Assembly (NCBI GenBank): GCA_009699705.1
Contig: WLNQ01000001.1
Coordinates: forward strand, 1-43,035
Length of the DNA: 43,035 bases
From: Actinomycetota bacterium
GTDB lineage: Bacteria > Actinomycetota > Actinomycetes > S36-B12
Direction: 5' to 3'
Position 1 is the stretch's first letter. Every line of letters begins with the position of its first letter. The position numbers and the translations under genes are program-made. Below the pieces are notes generated by a model, which was not told the origin of the DNA, did not search any database, and worked only from the letters and a program-made list of their open reading frames with translations. Of this stretch, positions 26,022 through 34,411 are shown piece by piece.

Positions 26022-26786
26022 TTATGGCATCCCGCCGTCGACTCGGATAGTTGCACACGAGGTGTAGCTTGAGGCATCTGAAGCGAGATACAAAACTGCG
26101 CCGACGATCTCTGGTGGATCACCGATGCGTTTCATTGCGATGCGTTGCATGCCTGGTTTCATCGCTTCAAGATCCCAAGCTTTGGAGATGTCAGACATCA
26201 TCGTTCCGGACATCACAGTGTTGACGCGAACCTGCGGACCAAAGGCAGCTGCAAATCCTTCAGTCATAGTGTTCAAGCCGGCTTTAGCACCTGCGTAAGG
26301 AATAATTGTGGGTGAAGGGCGAATGGATCCCGACGAGCTCACATTGATAATTGAGCCTTTGCCAGCGGCCTGCATGCGCTCGCCCATCAATGCGGTGAGT
26401 CGATATGGCCCTTTGAAGTTCAGGTTCATGACACTGTCGAACATCTGCTCAGTGACTTCTGAGTTCTTTTCGTAAATTGGTGACATGCCAGCGTTATTCA
26501 CCAACACATCAACCTTGCCAAACTTCGCATAGACGGCATCCACGAAAGGTTCGATTTCATCCCAACGCCCGACGTGAAGTCCGTAAGCCATGGTTTGGCG
26601 ACCAAACTTTTGTGCAATGTCATCCGCGACGGTGACGCAGTTTTCAAGTTTGCGACTGGCAATGACCACATGGGCACCTGCTTGGGCACAGCCGTAAGCC
26701 ATTTCCTTACCCAACCCGCGACTTCCGCCAGTGATGACTACGACCCTGTCGGTCAGATCGAAGACCCCATCGAGGTAGCTACTCAT
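26022..26786 (-). CDS. Short-chain dehydrogenase/reductase (SDR)
   Basis: ORF track, 254 aa. VITGGSRGLG (TGxxxGxG) and YAGAKAG (YxxxK). ATGA overlap with the upstream kinase gene (26783-26786). Confidence 0.9.
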   Translation of the reverse strand: MSSYLDGVFDLTDRVVVITGGSRGLGKEMAYGCAQAGAHVVIASRKLENCVTVADDIAQKFGRQTMAYGLHVGRWDEIEPFVDAVYAKFGKVDVLVNNAGMSPIYEKNSEVTEQMFDSVMNLNFKGPYRLTALMGERMQAAGKGSIINVSSSGSIRPSPTIIPYAGAKAGLNTMTEGFAAAFGPQVRVNTVMSGTMMSDISKAWDLEAMKPGMQRIAMKRIGDPPEIVGAVLYLASDASSYTSCATIRVDGGMP

Positions 26787-27832
26787 TTCACTCCATTCGG
26801 CATAGTTGCAGCCAGACCAGCGGCCTGACTCATCAATTCAAGAACTAGTGGCCCAAAGCCCGCGAGCGAAGGATTGTCGAGCTTCTCCCGCACTACTCGT
26901 GCATAGGACATCTCCAACACAATGGCGAGCTTCCATCGAGCCAGCACAAGGTAGTAATTGAAGTCCGCAGTGCTGCGTCCACTCAACTTCTCGTAATGTG
27001 CCAACAACTCCTCAAGCGAGGCCTGACCTTCGGTGGTCTTTTTGATGTTGGTGTTATCTGCATCGCCAGTTGGTCCCCAGTCGCGCAAGGCCCAGGCAAG
27101 ATCGAGTAGCGGATCGCCAATAGTTGTCATTTCCCAGTCGACAACTGCAGCCAGACCTGCTGGTACGTCGTTAGTGAACATGATGTTTGCAAACTGGTAA
27201 TCACCATGCATGATGCCCGGCTCCCACGCGCGCGGCTTGTTGTTATCCAGCCATGCAGTCGTCTCGTCCAGACCTGGAATCTCGCGGAACTTGTATCCAT
27301 CGAGAAATGAAGTCCATCGACCAACCTGTCGCTCGTGAAAGTTGTCCGGGCGCCCGAAGCCCTCAAGCCCGACAGCTTTCCAATCCACAGCAGCCAGTTT
27401 TGCTGCGCCTTCAACAAGTGCGTAGCCAAGCGAAGGGCGAAGACTTGGGTCAGATGCGTACGGCTCAGGCCAACCGCCAGAAGCCATCGACCAGCCAATG
27501 ATCTGTTTCATTAAGTAGAAAGGAATGCCAAGCACATCGGGATCTGGGCAGCCAACGACAAGGTCTCCGTGCGGCACATTAGTGCCAGCGATCGCGGCAA
27601 GGAATGTCATCTCGCGCTTAATTCCATCTGCTCGACCTGAATCGCGCGGCGGAATACGCATCACCGTGCGGTCTCCGCCGCGATCTACGAGATAAAGCTC
27701 GTTCTGTGATCCACCAGAAATCTTGGTCAACTCTGGTGTCTCACCTTTGCCAGGGCGATCCACGGAATCCATCCAGACGGTGAGCCGCTGCAGCTCCTGC
27801 GGTGTGAATGGGTGCGTTGGGGTATTAGTCAT
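26783..27832 (-). CDS. Phosphotransferase (APH/choline-kinase-like kinase fold), ACAD-associated type
   Basis: ORF track, 349 aa. Catalytic loop IMHGDYQFANIMF (H-x-D-x4-N) and metal-binding VVDWEMTTIGDPLLDLAW. Confidence 0.8.
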   Translation of the reverse strand: MTNTPTHPFTPQELQRLTVWMDSVDRPGKGETPELTKISGGSQNELYLVDRGGDRTVMRIPPRDSGRADGIKREMTFLAAIAGTNVPHGDLVVGCPDPDVLGIPFYLMKQIIGWSMASGGWPEPYASDPSLRPSLGYALVEGAAKLAAVDWKAVGLEGFGRPDNFHERQVGRWTSFLDGYKFREIPGLDETTAWLDNNKPRAWEPGIMHGDYQFANIMFTNDVPAGLAAVVDWEMTTIGDPLLDLAWALRDWGPTGDADNTNIKKTTEGQASLEELLAHYEKLSGRSTADFNYYLVLARWKLAIVLEMSYARVVREKLDNPSLAGFGPLVLELMSQAAGLAATMPNGVK

Positions 27833-27836
27833 GCTG

Positions 27837-27899
27837 GAAGAATATCATTCTGGCATTCGGGAATTCTATTCTTCAGACAAATTATTTGCGCAAATTTGC
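27837..27899. promoter_or_regulatory. Candidate operator / 5'-leader structure upstream of the kinase operon
   Basis: 8-bp inverted repeat gaagaata (27837-27844) / tattcttc (27867-27874), 4 nt from the start codon. Overlapping perfect palindromes atttgcgcaaat (27884-27895) and gcaaatttgc (27890-27899). Confidence 0.35.
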
Positions 27900-27973
27900 C
27901 CGGCGTGGCTTGGGCTCAAACCTGTCCCATTGGAGGAGTCTAAATCGAATACACCCGTCGGGAGGGCGAACAG

Positions 27974-28513
27974 ATGAATCTGAGTTCATGGTTCCTGAAG
28001 ATTTCGGTGATTCCTATTGCTGGCTCCTTCGTACTCACCGGGTGCTCATCAAGTGATCCGGCTGCGACGCCGTCGTCTGCCATCGCCCCGCCAACCATCG
28101 CTGCGGTCACCGAATTAAATAACTCCTGCGCCAGCGTCTACGAAATTGACTTGCTGGTGAGTGACTACAAAGCCGGTGCGGTTGCCAACGGCGACTACAC
28201 CGAGGCCGAAGCTCTCGCTGATTACCTGCGCCTAGCGAAGGCAGTCGGCGCCGGAGCGAAAACCGTCACTTCTGGTGCTGGCGTGGGACAGGCCTCAACC
28301 TTGAACACGAACAGCAAGAAGACAATCGCAGTGCTCAACGGGCTTGCCAGGAGCGCGACACTGGCAACGATGTCAGGAAAGAAAACCACCCGCCTGACAA
28401 CCCAGCGCGGACGAATGGTGGCGGCCTGCCAAGCAGCCGGTTTCCCTCTCCCGTCTGTGAATGCTCAGGCTCAGGTGACAGCGACACCAAGCAGGGCATC
28501 AGCTACACGCTAG
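27974..28513 (+). CDS. Lipoprotein of unknown function
   Basis: ORF track, 179 aa. Signal peptide with lipobox SFVLTGCSSS, and a GGAGGG RBS 7 nt upstream. Confidence 0.65.
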   Translation: MNLSSWFLKISVIPIAGSFVLTGCSSSDPAATPSSAIAPPTIAAVTELNNSCASVYEIDLLVSDYKAGAVANGDYTEAEALADYLRLAKAVGAGAKTVTSGAGVGQASTLNTNSKKTIAVLNGLARSATLATMSGKKTTRLTTQRGRMVAACQAAGFPLPSVNAQAQVTATPSRASATR

Positions 28514-28522
28514 TTTCAACCC

Positions 28523-29281
28523 ATGCAGGTTGTTGTTGAGTTCCTTATTGCAATCGTGGCGGGCGTCCTAGCGGGTGCAACTGGTGGCGGCGGCGGCATG
28601 CTCTTTGTTCCCATTTTGGTTTACAGTGGATTAAGCCCCGTTACCGCAGTTGCCACCAGCAATGTTGGCATCTGCATTACGACTGCCACGGCAACGGTGA
28701 GTAATGCTCGAGCCAAGCAAGTGCCTTGGCGCCGCGTGTTCATGATTGGCATTCCAGCGATTATCGTTGCCCCACTTGGTGCCTGGGTCGCTCATCAATT
28801 ACCTGGAACGGCGTTACTGCTTGGGTTTGCAGCGATCAATATTCTCAACGTGATACTCACCAATCGAAGAGTGAATGCGGAAGTTGAAGAAAATGATTTG
28901 CATACCAATGATGCCAACGTTGTTCAAGTTGGCATCACCGGTGGCTCCGGCGGTTTCATGGGAGGGCTATTTGGGATCGGTGGCGGTCTCATCACTGTGC
29001 CTCTGCAAATTCTTTGGCTCAACACGCCAATAAAAGTTGCAGCTCGAGTATCACTAGCGGTCATCGTGATGTCGAGCATGGCTGCACTTGTCGGGCACAT
29101 GCTCAATCATGGCGAAATCAATTGGACTTCAGGACTGGTCCTAGGTCTAGGCGGGCTGATCGGCGCGCCAATCGGAAGCCGGCTCCTGCGACGCATCACA
29201 CCAAAAACTGCTACTCGTTTATTGCAAAGCGTGCTTATTGGTGTTTCAATCCTGGTGACCTATAAGGCCTTTAACCAGTAA
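28523..29281 (+). CDS. TSUP (TauE/SafE) family sulfite/anion exporter-like membrane protein
   Basis: ORF track, 252 aa. Two internal repeats, each opening with a Gly-rich helix (GATGGGGGMLFVPIL and GLFGIGGGLITVPL). About 8 predicted TM helices. Confidence 0.8.
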   Translation: MQVVVEFLIAIVAGVLAGATGGGGGMLFVPILVYSGLSPVTAVATSNVGICITTATATVSNARAKQVPWRRVFMIGIPAIIVAPLGAWVAHQLPGTALLLGFAAINILNVILTNRRVNAEVEENDLHTNDANVVQVGITGGSGGFMGGLFGIGGGLITVPLQILWLNTPIKVAARVSLAVIVMSSMAALVGHMLNHGEINWTSGLVLGLGGLIGAPIGSRLLRRITPKTATRLLQSVLIGVSILVTYKAFNQ

Positions 29282-30020
29282 TTGAATCGTCCAGCAAGCC
29301 TTTTGCGCGAGCCGCAACCACGGCATCAGTTCGCGAGTTCACACCAAGTGATCGATACAAGCGCAAGGTTTCCTGGCGAATGGTGGATTCACTAAATCCA
29401 AGTTCTCTAGCGATCGACTTGTTGGTCTTGCCCTCTTGAATACGTTCCAAAATTCTTTGCTGGCGCTCAGAAAAATCGACATTACTAGCTGGCGCACCCG
29501 CAACTGTTCGTCGAGCACTTCCACCCTCAGCCATTGCTACACGCAATTCCAACAGACTCACAACCGAGGACATAAATGGACCACTTGCCGGATTTTCAGG
29601 CAACGTCTCCGCAAAGGTGGCGATCAAGACAAACTCAGGAATATTCACACGATTCAGCGGAGCGATCACTACGCCACCGTTGTGGTGCGAACCAAGAGTA
29701 GATGGGATCAGGTCGTCACCTTCGGCTGCATCCACGATCCAAGTGGTTCGTCCGTAGGACAAGACAGATCCAAGTTCTGGGCTTGTTGCTAACGAAATCT
29801 CTTCAAGCTTGGAAGGGTCGACTACTCCATATGACGACTTCAACTTCAGCGAGCCGCCCGAATGCACTTCATAGAGATAGACCTCTTGACAGCCCCAAAA
29901 ATCGAAGATCCGCAATGCAAGAAGTCGCAAGACCTCGTCCCACGAAGGATCAGTCACTAGCGATTGAGCCAGTAACGTTAGGCGCTCAATTCGGTCTGGG
30001 TACTGCTGCAACGACATCAC
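29271..30020 (-). CDS. LuxR-family transcriptional regulator with an N-terminal GAF-like sensor region
   Basis: ORF track, 249 aa. C-terminal HTH FSERQQRILERIQEGKTNKSIARELGFSESTIRQETLRLYRSLGV. The GAF-like call for the ~170-aa N-terminal region is tentative. The 3' end overlaps the convergent TSUP gene by 11 nt. Confidence 0.8.
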   Translation of the reverse strand: MMSLQQYPDRIERLTLLAQSLVTDPSWDEVLRLLALRIFDFWGCQEVYLYEVHSGGSLKLKSSYGVVDPSKLEEISLATSPELGSVLSYGRTTWIVDAAEGDDLIPSTLGSHHNGGVVIAPLNRVNIPEFVLIATFAETLPENPASGPFMSSVVSLLELRVAMAEGGSARRTVAGAPASNVDFSERQQRILERIQEGKTNKSIARELGFSESTIRQETLRLYRSLGVNSRTDAVVAARAKGLLDDSITG

Positions 30021-30056
30021 AAGATATCAATAGCGATGTTTGGGATTAAAATTGCG

Positions 30057-32006
30057 CTAGCGCGACCCTCTTGAACGCACATAGTCACTCACTACATAGT
30101 CGCCAAGTTTTTCACTCGATGCAGCGAGAACCCGGCCACCATTTCTGCGGGCCATTTGATCTAAGAATCGTTCCAAACTTGGATCGTCACCCAGTCGGAA
30201 CCAGGAAATGGGCACTCGGCGTCGCGTCATCAAATCAATTTGGGCGACCGTAAGAGCAATAGTTTCATCGCTTGGCGGATAGTCGAAGCAGGAGTACCCC
30301 TCTTCATCTATATGCGCCGTTGGCTCACCGTCAGTGACCACCATGACAACTCGTTGCGCCCCGTGGTGCTTGTCCAGAAAACGCCCAGCCAGCATCAGTG
30401 CGTGATGCAGATTTGTGCCTTGGATGTAGCTCGCTTCCAAATCTGGGAGTTCGTGTGGCTTCACTACTTGAGCAATGTTCGCAAAGGAAATAATTTCCAG
30501 CGCGTCAAGCGGGTACGCACTTTGCGCAAGTGAGTGCAAAGCCAGCGCCATGGTTTTTGCGGAACGCCAGGTATCGCTCATCACCATAGAAAAAGACTGA
30601 TCGATCAGCAGCGCGACGGCTGCCCGGGTGCGGGTTTCAGTTTCATGGACTTCAAAATCTTCGGCTGAGAGAGTGAGTTTGGATGAACCACTCATGATTT
30701 TTCTATTCACCGCATTACGCACAGTTGTCACCACATCGATTGGCTGCTCGTCTCCGAATTGCCATTGGCGGGTCATCCCAGTGATTTCACCCGAGGCACC
30801 TGAGCGATGAACGCTGTGGTCGCCACGCTGTGAGGCATCGAGTGAAGAAAATACTTCTTTAAGTGCTGTTCGTCCGATGCGACGAACAGCCTTGGGCGTC
30901 AACTCAAGGCGATCGCCATCGCGTTGAAGATATCCGTCTTCTTCAAGTTGCTTTTGAATCTCTCGCATGGCGCGCAGGTCATCAGCTGCCTGGCGTCCTA
31001 GAGCTCTGGCTACTGCTGCCTCATCGATATTGTCCAGATTAGCTCGCGCGTCACTGTCTGAGAGTTGATCCATGAGTGACTCAAGATCAGCCAGTTCTGC
31101 GAGTGCCTGGGTTGCATCTGGTAAGCCGAGTGGCTCATCACCACCCATCTGCTGCTGACCTGTCCAAGAGAATTCAGGACGCATGGTTTGCAAGTTTTCT
31201 TGAAGTCGCGACATTTCGTCTTGAAGACCCATGTCAGACAATGCCTGAGCCATGGCCTCTGCCAATTCAGCGCGCTGCTCTGGACTTAGCGACTGCATCA
31301 TGCGCTGCATTGCAGCTGCTTGGCGGGCTAGCTCGTCAATAAATTCAGGCAAAGTGTCGGGAGCATCTGGAAAGAACTCGCTGTGCTTTTCTTTGAAGTC
31401 TTCATAATCCTGTGACGCATCTTCACCCCGACGATGCTTTTCCAGCATCGCGTTGAGGTCCTGCATCATCTCCTTCATCGCGGCTTTAGATTCAGGAGTG
31501 TTCAGTTCCTGCATGCCTTGAGTCATGTTCTTAAACTGCTGATCAAGTACATCGCGCTGGAGTCGATCTTTCAGCTGATCGAAGGACCGCTGAGCTTGAG
31601 GTGACTGCCAGTCGTAATCAGCTAGTTGTTGGACTGCTCGTCCAACCTCGTCTGGCACGGTGTCCAGCATCGCTTCGCGAAAGCGAGCATCGTCAGATGG
31701 ATCAGGGAAAAGTGCCGTGCGCTCCTGAGTGAGCGCGTCGTCGAGTAGTTGTCGAAGGTCGGTCAAGAGACCATCCATCCGCCCAGATTTTTCTAACTCT
31801 TTGCGACGCTGCTGAGCCTTCCTGAACATCTCGCGTAGGCCGCTGCGGTCCTTTAAGCCGTCACGAAACATGTCACGGAACGCATCGTTCAGCGATTGAC
31901 CATCAAGGAGTCGACGACCGATCTCATCAACTCCACCGCCGGAATCGGTTGGCGCAGAAAGTGGGTCTGGTCCGTCATGAAAAGAACCGTAGGTAAACCG
32001 GCTCAT
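30057..32006 (-). CDS. VWA domain protein with a long acidic, Met/Gln-rich helical N-terminal region (BchD-like C-terminus)
   Basis: ORF track, 649 aa. MIDAS motif ALLIDQSFSM (DxSxS) and VVMVVTDGEPTA. The central region is rich in E/D/M/Q (e.g. AAMKEMMQDLNAMLEKH, AAAMQRMMQSLSPEQRAELAEAMAQ). ATGA overlap with the AAA+ gene (32003-32006). Confidence 0.8.
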   Translation of the reverse strand: MSRFTYGSFHDGPDPLSAPTDSGGGVDEIGRRLLDGQSLNDAFRDMFRDGLKDRSGLREMFRKAQQRRKELEKSGRMDGLLTDLRQLLDDALTQERTALFPDPSDDARFREAMLDTVPDEVGRAVQQLADYDWQSPQAQRSFDQLKDRLQRDVLDQQFKNMTQGMQELNTPESKAAMKEMMQDLNAMLEKHRRGEDASQDYEDFKEKHSEFFPDAPDTLPEFIDELARQAAAMQRMMQSLSPEQRAELAEAMAQALSDMGLQDEMSRLQENLQTMRPEFSWTGQQQMGGDEPLGLPDATQALAELADLESLMDQLSDSDARANLDNIDEAAVARALGRQAADDLRAMREIQKQLEEDGYLQRDGDRLELTPKAVRRIGRTALKEVFSSLDASQRGDHSVHRSGASGEITGMTRQWQFGDEQPIDVVTTVRNAVNRKIMSGSSKLTLSAEDFEVHETETRTRAAVALLIDQSFSMVMSDTWRSAKTMALALHSLAQSAYPLDALEIISFANIAQVVKPHELPDLEASYIQGTNLHHALMLAGRFLDKHHGAQRVVMVVTDGEPTAHIDEEGYSCFDYPPSDETIALTVAQIDLMTRRRVPISWFRLGDDPSLERFLDQMARRNGGRVLAASSEKLGDYVVSDYVRSRGSR

Positions 32007-33463
32007 GAAGCTCCGTAGCGAATTACCCCATCAACAGCGTCTTTGTCGATGCGACGAGTCAGCCACAATCCTTCAATTGCGAATTCCACACACGCAGCAG
32101 CCAGGCCCGGCGACTCTGCAAGCGAAGGCTCAACCGCTTTCATCAACTTGCCCAAACCTTCGAACTGCCCCAACTCACCTAGGAGCGCATCGCCAGCCGT
32201 CTCATCACCAGTCTGCAAGGTGTTTCCGGCATCAAACCATTCAACCAACGAGGTGAGCACTGGACGAATCTCATTACTGCCGAGCAACTGGCGCCAAGTT
32301 TCAGCGGTGGCTTTACGGGCAAGATGAATGAGCAGCTCTTGCTCACGGCCCTCTTCACTCACATCAAATTCCACTTTGCCACGCAGTGTCGGCACGACAC
32401 CCATGAGATCGCCGACTCGAGCAACTGGCTCCTTCTCGCCGGTGATCGCGGAGCGACGAAGCGCTGCACCAGAAAGTGCTTCCGTGCACGCAATTGCAAA
32501 ACGCGCAGACACACCACTTCGTTGGTCAATCGATGACGAGCTGCGCACTTCAGTGGTGAAGCGAGCAACGATGTCCAGCAGGTGGTCTGGAACCACTGCT
32601 TGGATATTCGCTTCCTGACGAATCAGATTTACCTCATCATCAAGGTCTAGTGGGTAATGGGTGCGAATTTCCGCACCGAAACGATCCTTCAGCGGTGTGA
32701 TAATCCGTCCGCGGTTTGTGTAGTCCTCAGGGTTTGCACTCGCCACGACTAATAGGTCCAGTGGCAGACGCAGGTTGTATCCACGTACTTGGATATCTCG
32801 CTCTTCCAAGACGTTTAGCAGGGCAACCTGGATACGTTCGGCGAGGTCGGGAAGTTCGTTCATCGCGAAAATTCCGCGATTCGTGCGGGGAACCAGTCCG
32901 TAATGAATGGTTTCTGGATCTCCAAGGCTTCGACCTTCGGCAATCTTCACCGGGTCAACATCGCCGATGAGATCAGCAACCGAGGTATCCGGTGTTGCAA
33001 GCTTCTCACCAAATCGCTGTGTGCGATGACGCCAAGAAACCGAGAGATCATCACCGAGTTCTGCGAGACGACGTCGACAACCAGCACAAATCGGCTCGAG
33101 CGGATCGTCATTAATCTCGCAGCCCTCAACAACTGGAATCCACTCGTCAAGTAACTGTGTCAATGTGCGAATCAAGCGAGTCTTTCCTTGTCCGCGCTCG
33201 CCAAGAAGAACCAGGTCATGGCCGGCAAGAATCGATCGCTCGACCTGAGGAATCACGGTGTCTTGGAAGCCCACTATGCCGGGCAGGCTTGGCTCACCCG
33301 CGCGTAGGCGCGCTAGAAGATTCGCCTGCATCTCCTGCTTAACCGTGCGCGATTGAAAGCCGGAGGCCACCAAAGCACCCAAGGTGCGTGGCAGATCGGC
33401 AGGGACGGCGGGTGCAAAATTAGTCACCCGCTGACCGTACGTTGCTTGAGGGAATTGCGCCAC
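32003..33463 (-). CDS. AAA+ ATPase, BchI/ChlI (Mg-chelatase I subunit)-like
   Basis: ORF track, 486 aa (GTG start with GAGGGA upstream). Walker A LLGERGQGKT. Then NRGIFAMNELPDL...LLNVLEERDIQVRG...VVASANPEDY...LKDRFG, collinear with the BchI/ChlI core as I recall it. Confidence 0.8.
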   Translation of the reverse strand: MAQFPQATYGQRVTNFAPAVPADLPRTLGALVASGFQSRTVKQEMQANLLARLRAGEPSLPGIVGFQDTVIPQVERSILAGHDLVLLGERGQGKTRLIRTLTQLLDEWIPVVEGCEINDDPLEPICAGCRRRLAELGDDLSVSWRHRTQRFGEKLATPDTSVADLIGDVDPVKIAEGRSLGDPETIHYGLVPRTNRGIFAMNELPDLAERIQVALLNVLEERDIQVRGYNLRLPLDLLVVASANPEDYTNRGRIITPLKDRFGAEIRTHYPLDLDDEVNLIRQEANIQAVVPDHLLDIVARFTTEVRSSSSIDQRSGVSARFAIACTEALSGAALRRSAITGEKEPVARVGDLMGVVPTLRGKVEFDVSEEGREQELLIHLARKATAETWRQLLGSNEIRPVLTSLVEWFDAGNTLQTGDETAGDALLGELGQFEGLGKLMKAVEPSLAESPGLAAACVEFAIEGLWLTRRIDKDAVDGVIRYGAS

Positions 33464-33512
33464 TTGATCCCTCGGATTATTTGGAAATTACGCCAAGGGA
33501 TGAGATCCGGGA

Positions 33513-34352
33513 TTAGGCGAAAATGACGGTATTGCGGCCCTGGGATTTGGCTGAATAGAGCGCGGCGTCGGCTCGGCGTAGGACTTCGTCAATAGATTCG
33601 CCCACACCCCAGGTGGCTGCACCTGCAGAGAAAGACGCGGGGATTCGCACCGAATCCGTGGTGATTTCAGCTCGGGTTACAACATTTCGAAGTCTCTCTA
33701 GAACCTGCACTGCCGTATCAGATGTTGTTTCCAGCACAACCAGGAATTCATCCCCGCCCCATCGACCAACAAGATCGGTTTTGCTGATCGCGCCAGCGAT
33801 TCGGCCCGAAATTGCAGTGAGGTAGTGATCGCCGACGAGATGCCCATGTTCATCATTGACTTGCTTCAAATTATCGAGGTCAATAATTGCCAGCGTTCGC
33901 TCATGCTCAGAGTGATTTTCGATATTCGCAAGCAGGCCACGACGATTAAGTAACTCAGTGAGCTGATCGGTTTCAGAAAGTTTGCGCATTTGCACAGCAA
34001 GTGCACCTTCTTTCAAGGCTTCCACTAACGCACGCTCACGAGCTATTCGGATCCGCACTGCATATACGGCGATCACTCCAACAATTGAAATGATGATCAA
34101 GCGAACCGACTGGGCCTGCACGTTTCCATCGGATTCAAAATGCCCGAAACTCCAGCCCGCCAGCACCGTGATAACCGAAATAAACGCCGTTGACCAGACC
34201 GTTCCAAAAACAGCAGCCAGCATCGGAACAGTCGCAAGAATGCCGACATATGCGGTCTTGGGACCTTCAATAGCATCCGCCGTCAAGATAATCACAATGA
34301 ATGCGAGCGGCGCCACCACAGATAGCAGGAAACTCGTTCTATTACTCGTCAC
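33513..34352 (-). CDS. Membrane-anchored diguanylate cyclase (GGDEF domain)
   Basis: Part of ORF 33513..34502. I start it at GTG 34352 (VTSNRTSFLLSVV...), with AAGGAG 5 nt upstream, which removes the overlap with plsC. It has 4-5 TM helices followed by RWGGDEFLVVL. Confidence 0.85.
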   Translation of the reverse strand: MTSNRTSFLLSVVAPLAFIVIILTADAIEGPKTAYVGILATVPMLAAVFGTVWSTAFISVITVLAGWSFGHFESDGNVQAQSVRLIIISIVGVIAVYAVRIRIARERALVEALKEGALAVQMRKLSETDQLTELLNRRGLLANIENHSEHERTLAIIDLDNLKQVNDEHGHLVGDHYLTAISGRIAGAISKTDLVGRWGGDEFLVVLETTSDTAVQVLERLRNVVTRAEITTDSVRIPASFSAGAATWGVGESIDEVLRRADAALYSAKSQGRNTVIFA

Positions 34353-34411
34353 TGCAACTCCTTGGATCCCCGGTGGAGAAGATGATACCGCGAAAGAATG
34401 AGTTTGTACTT

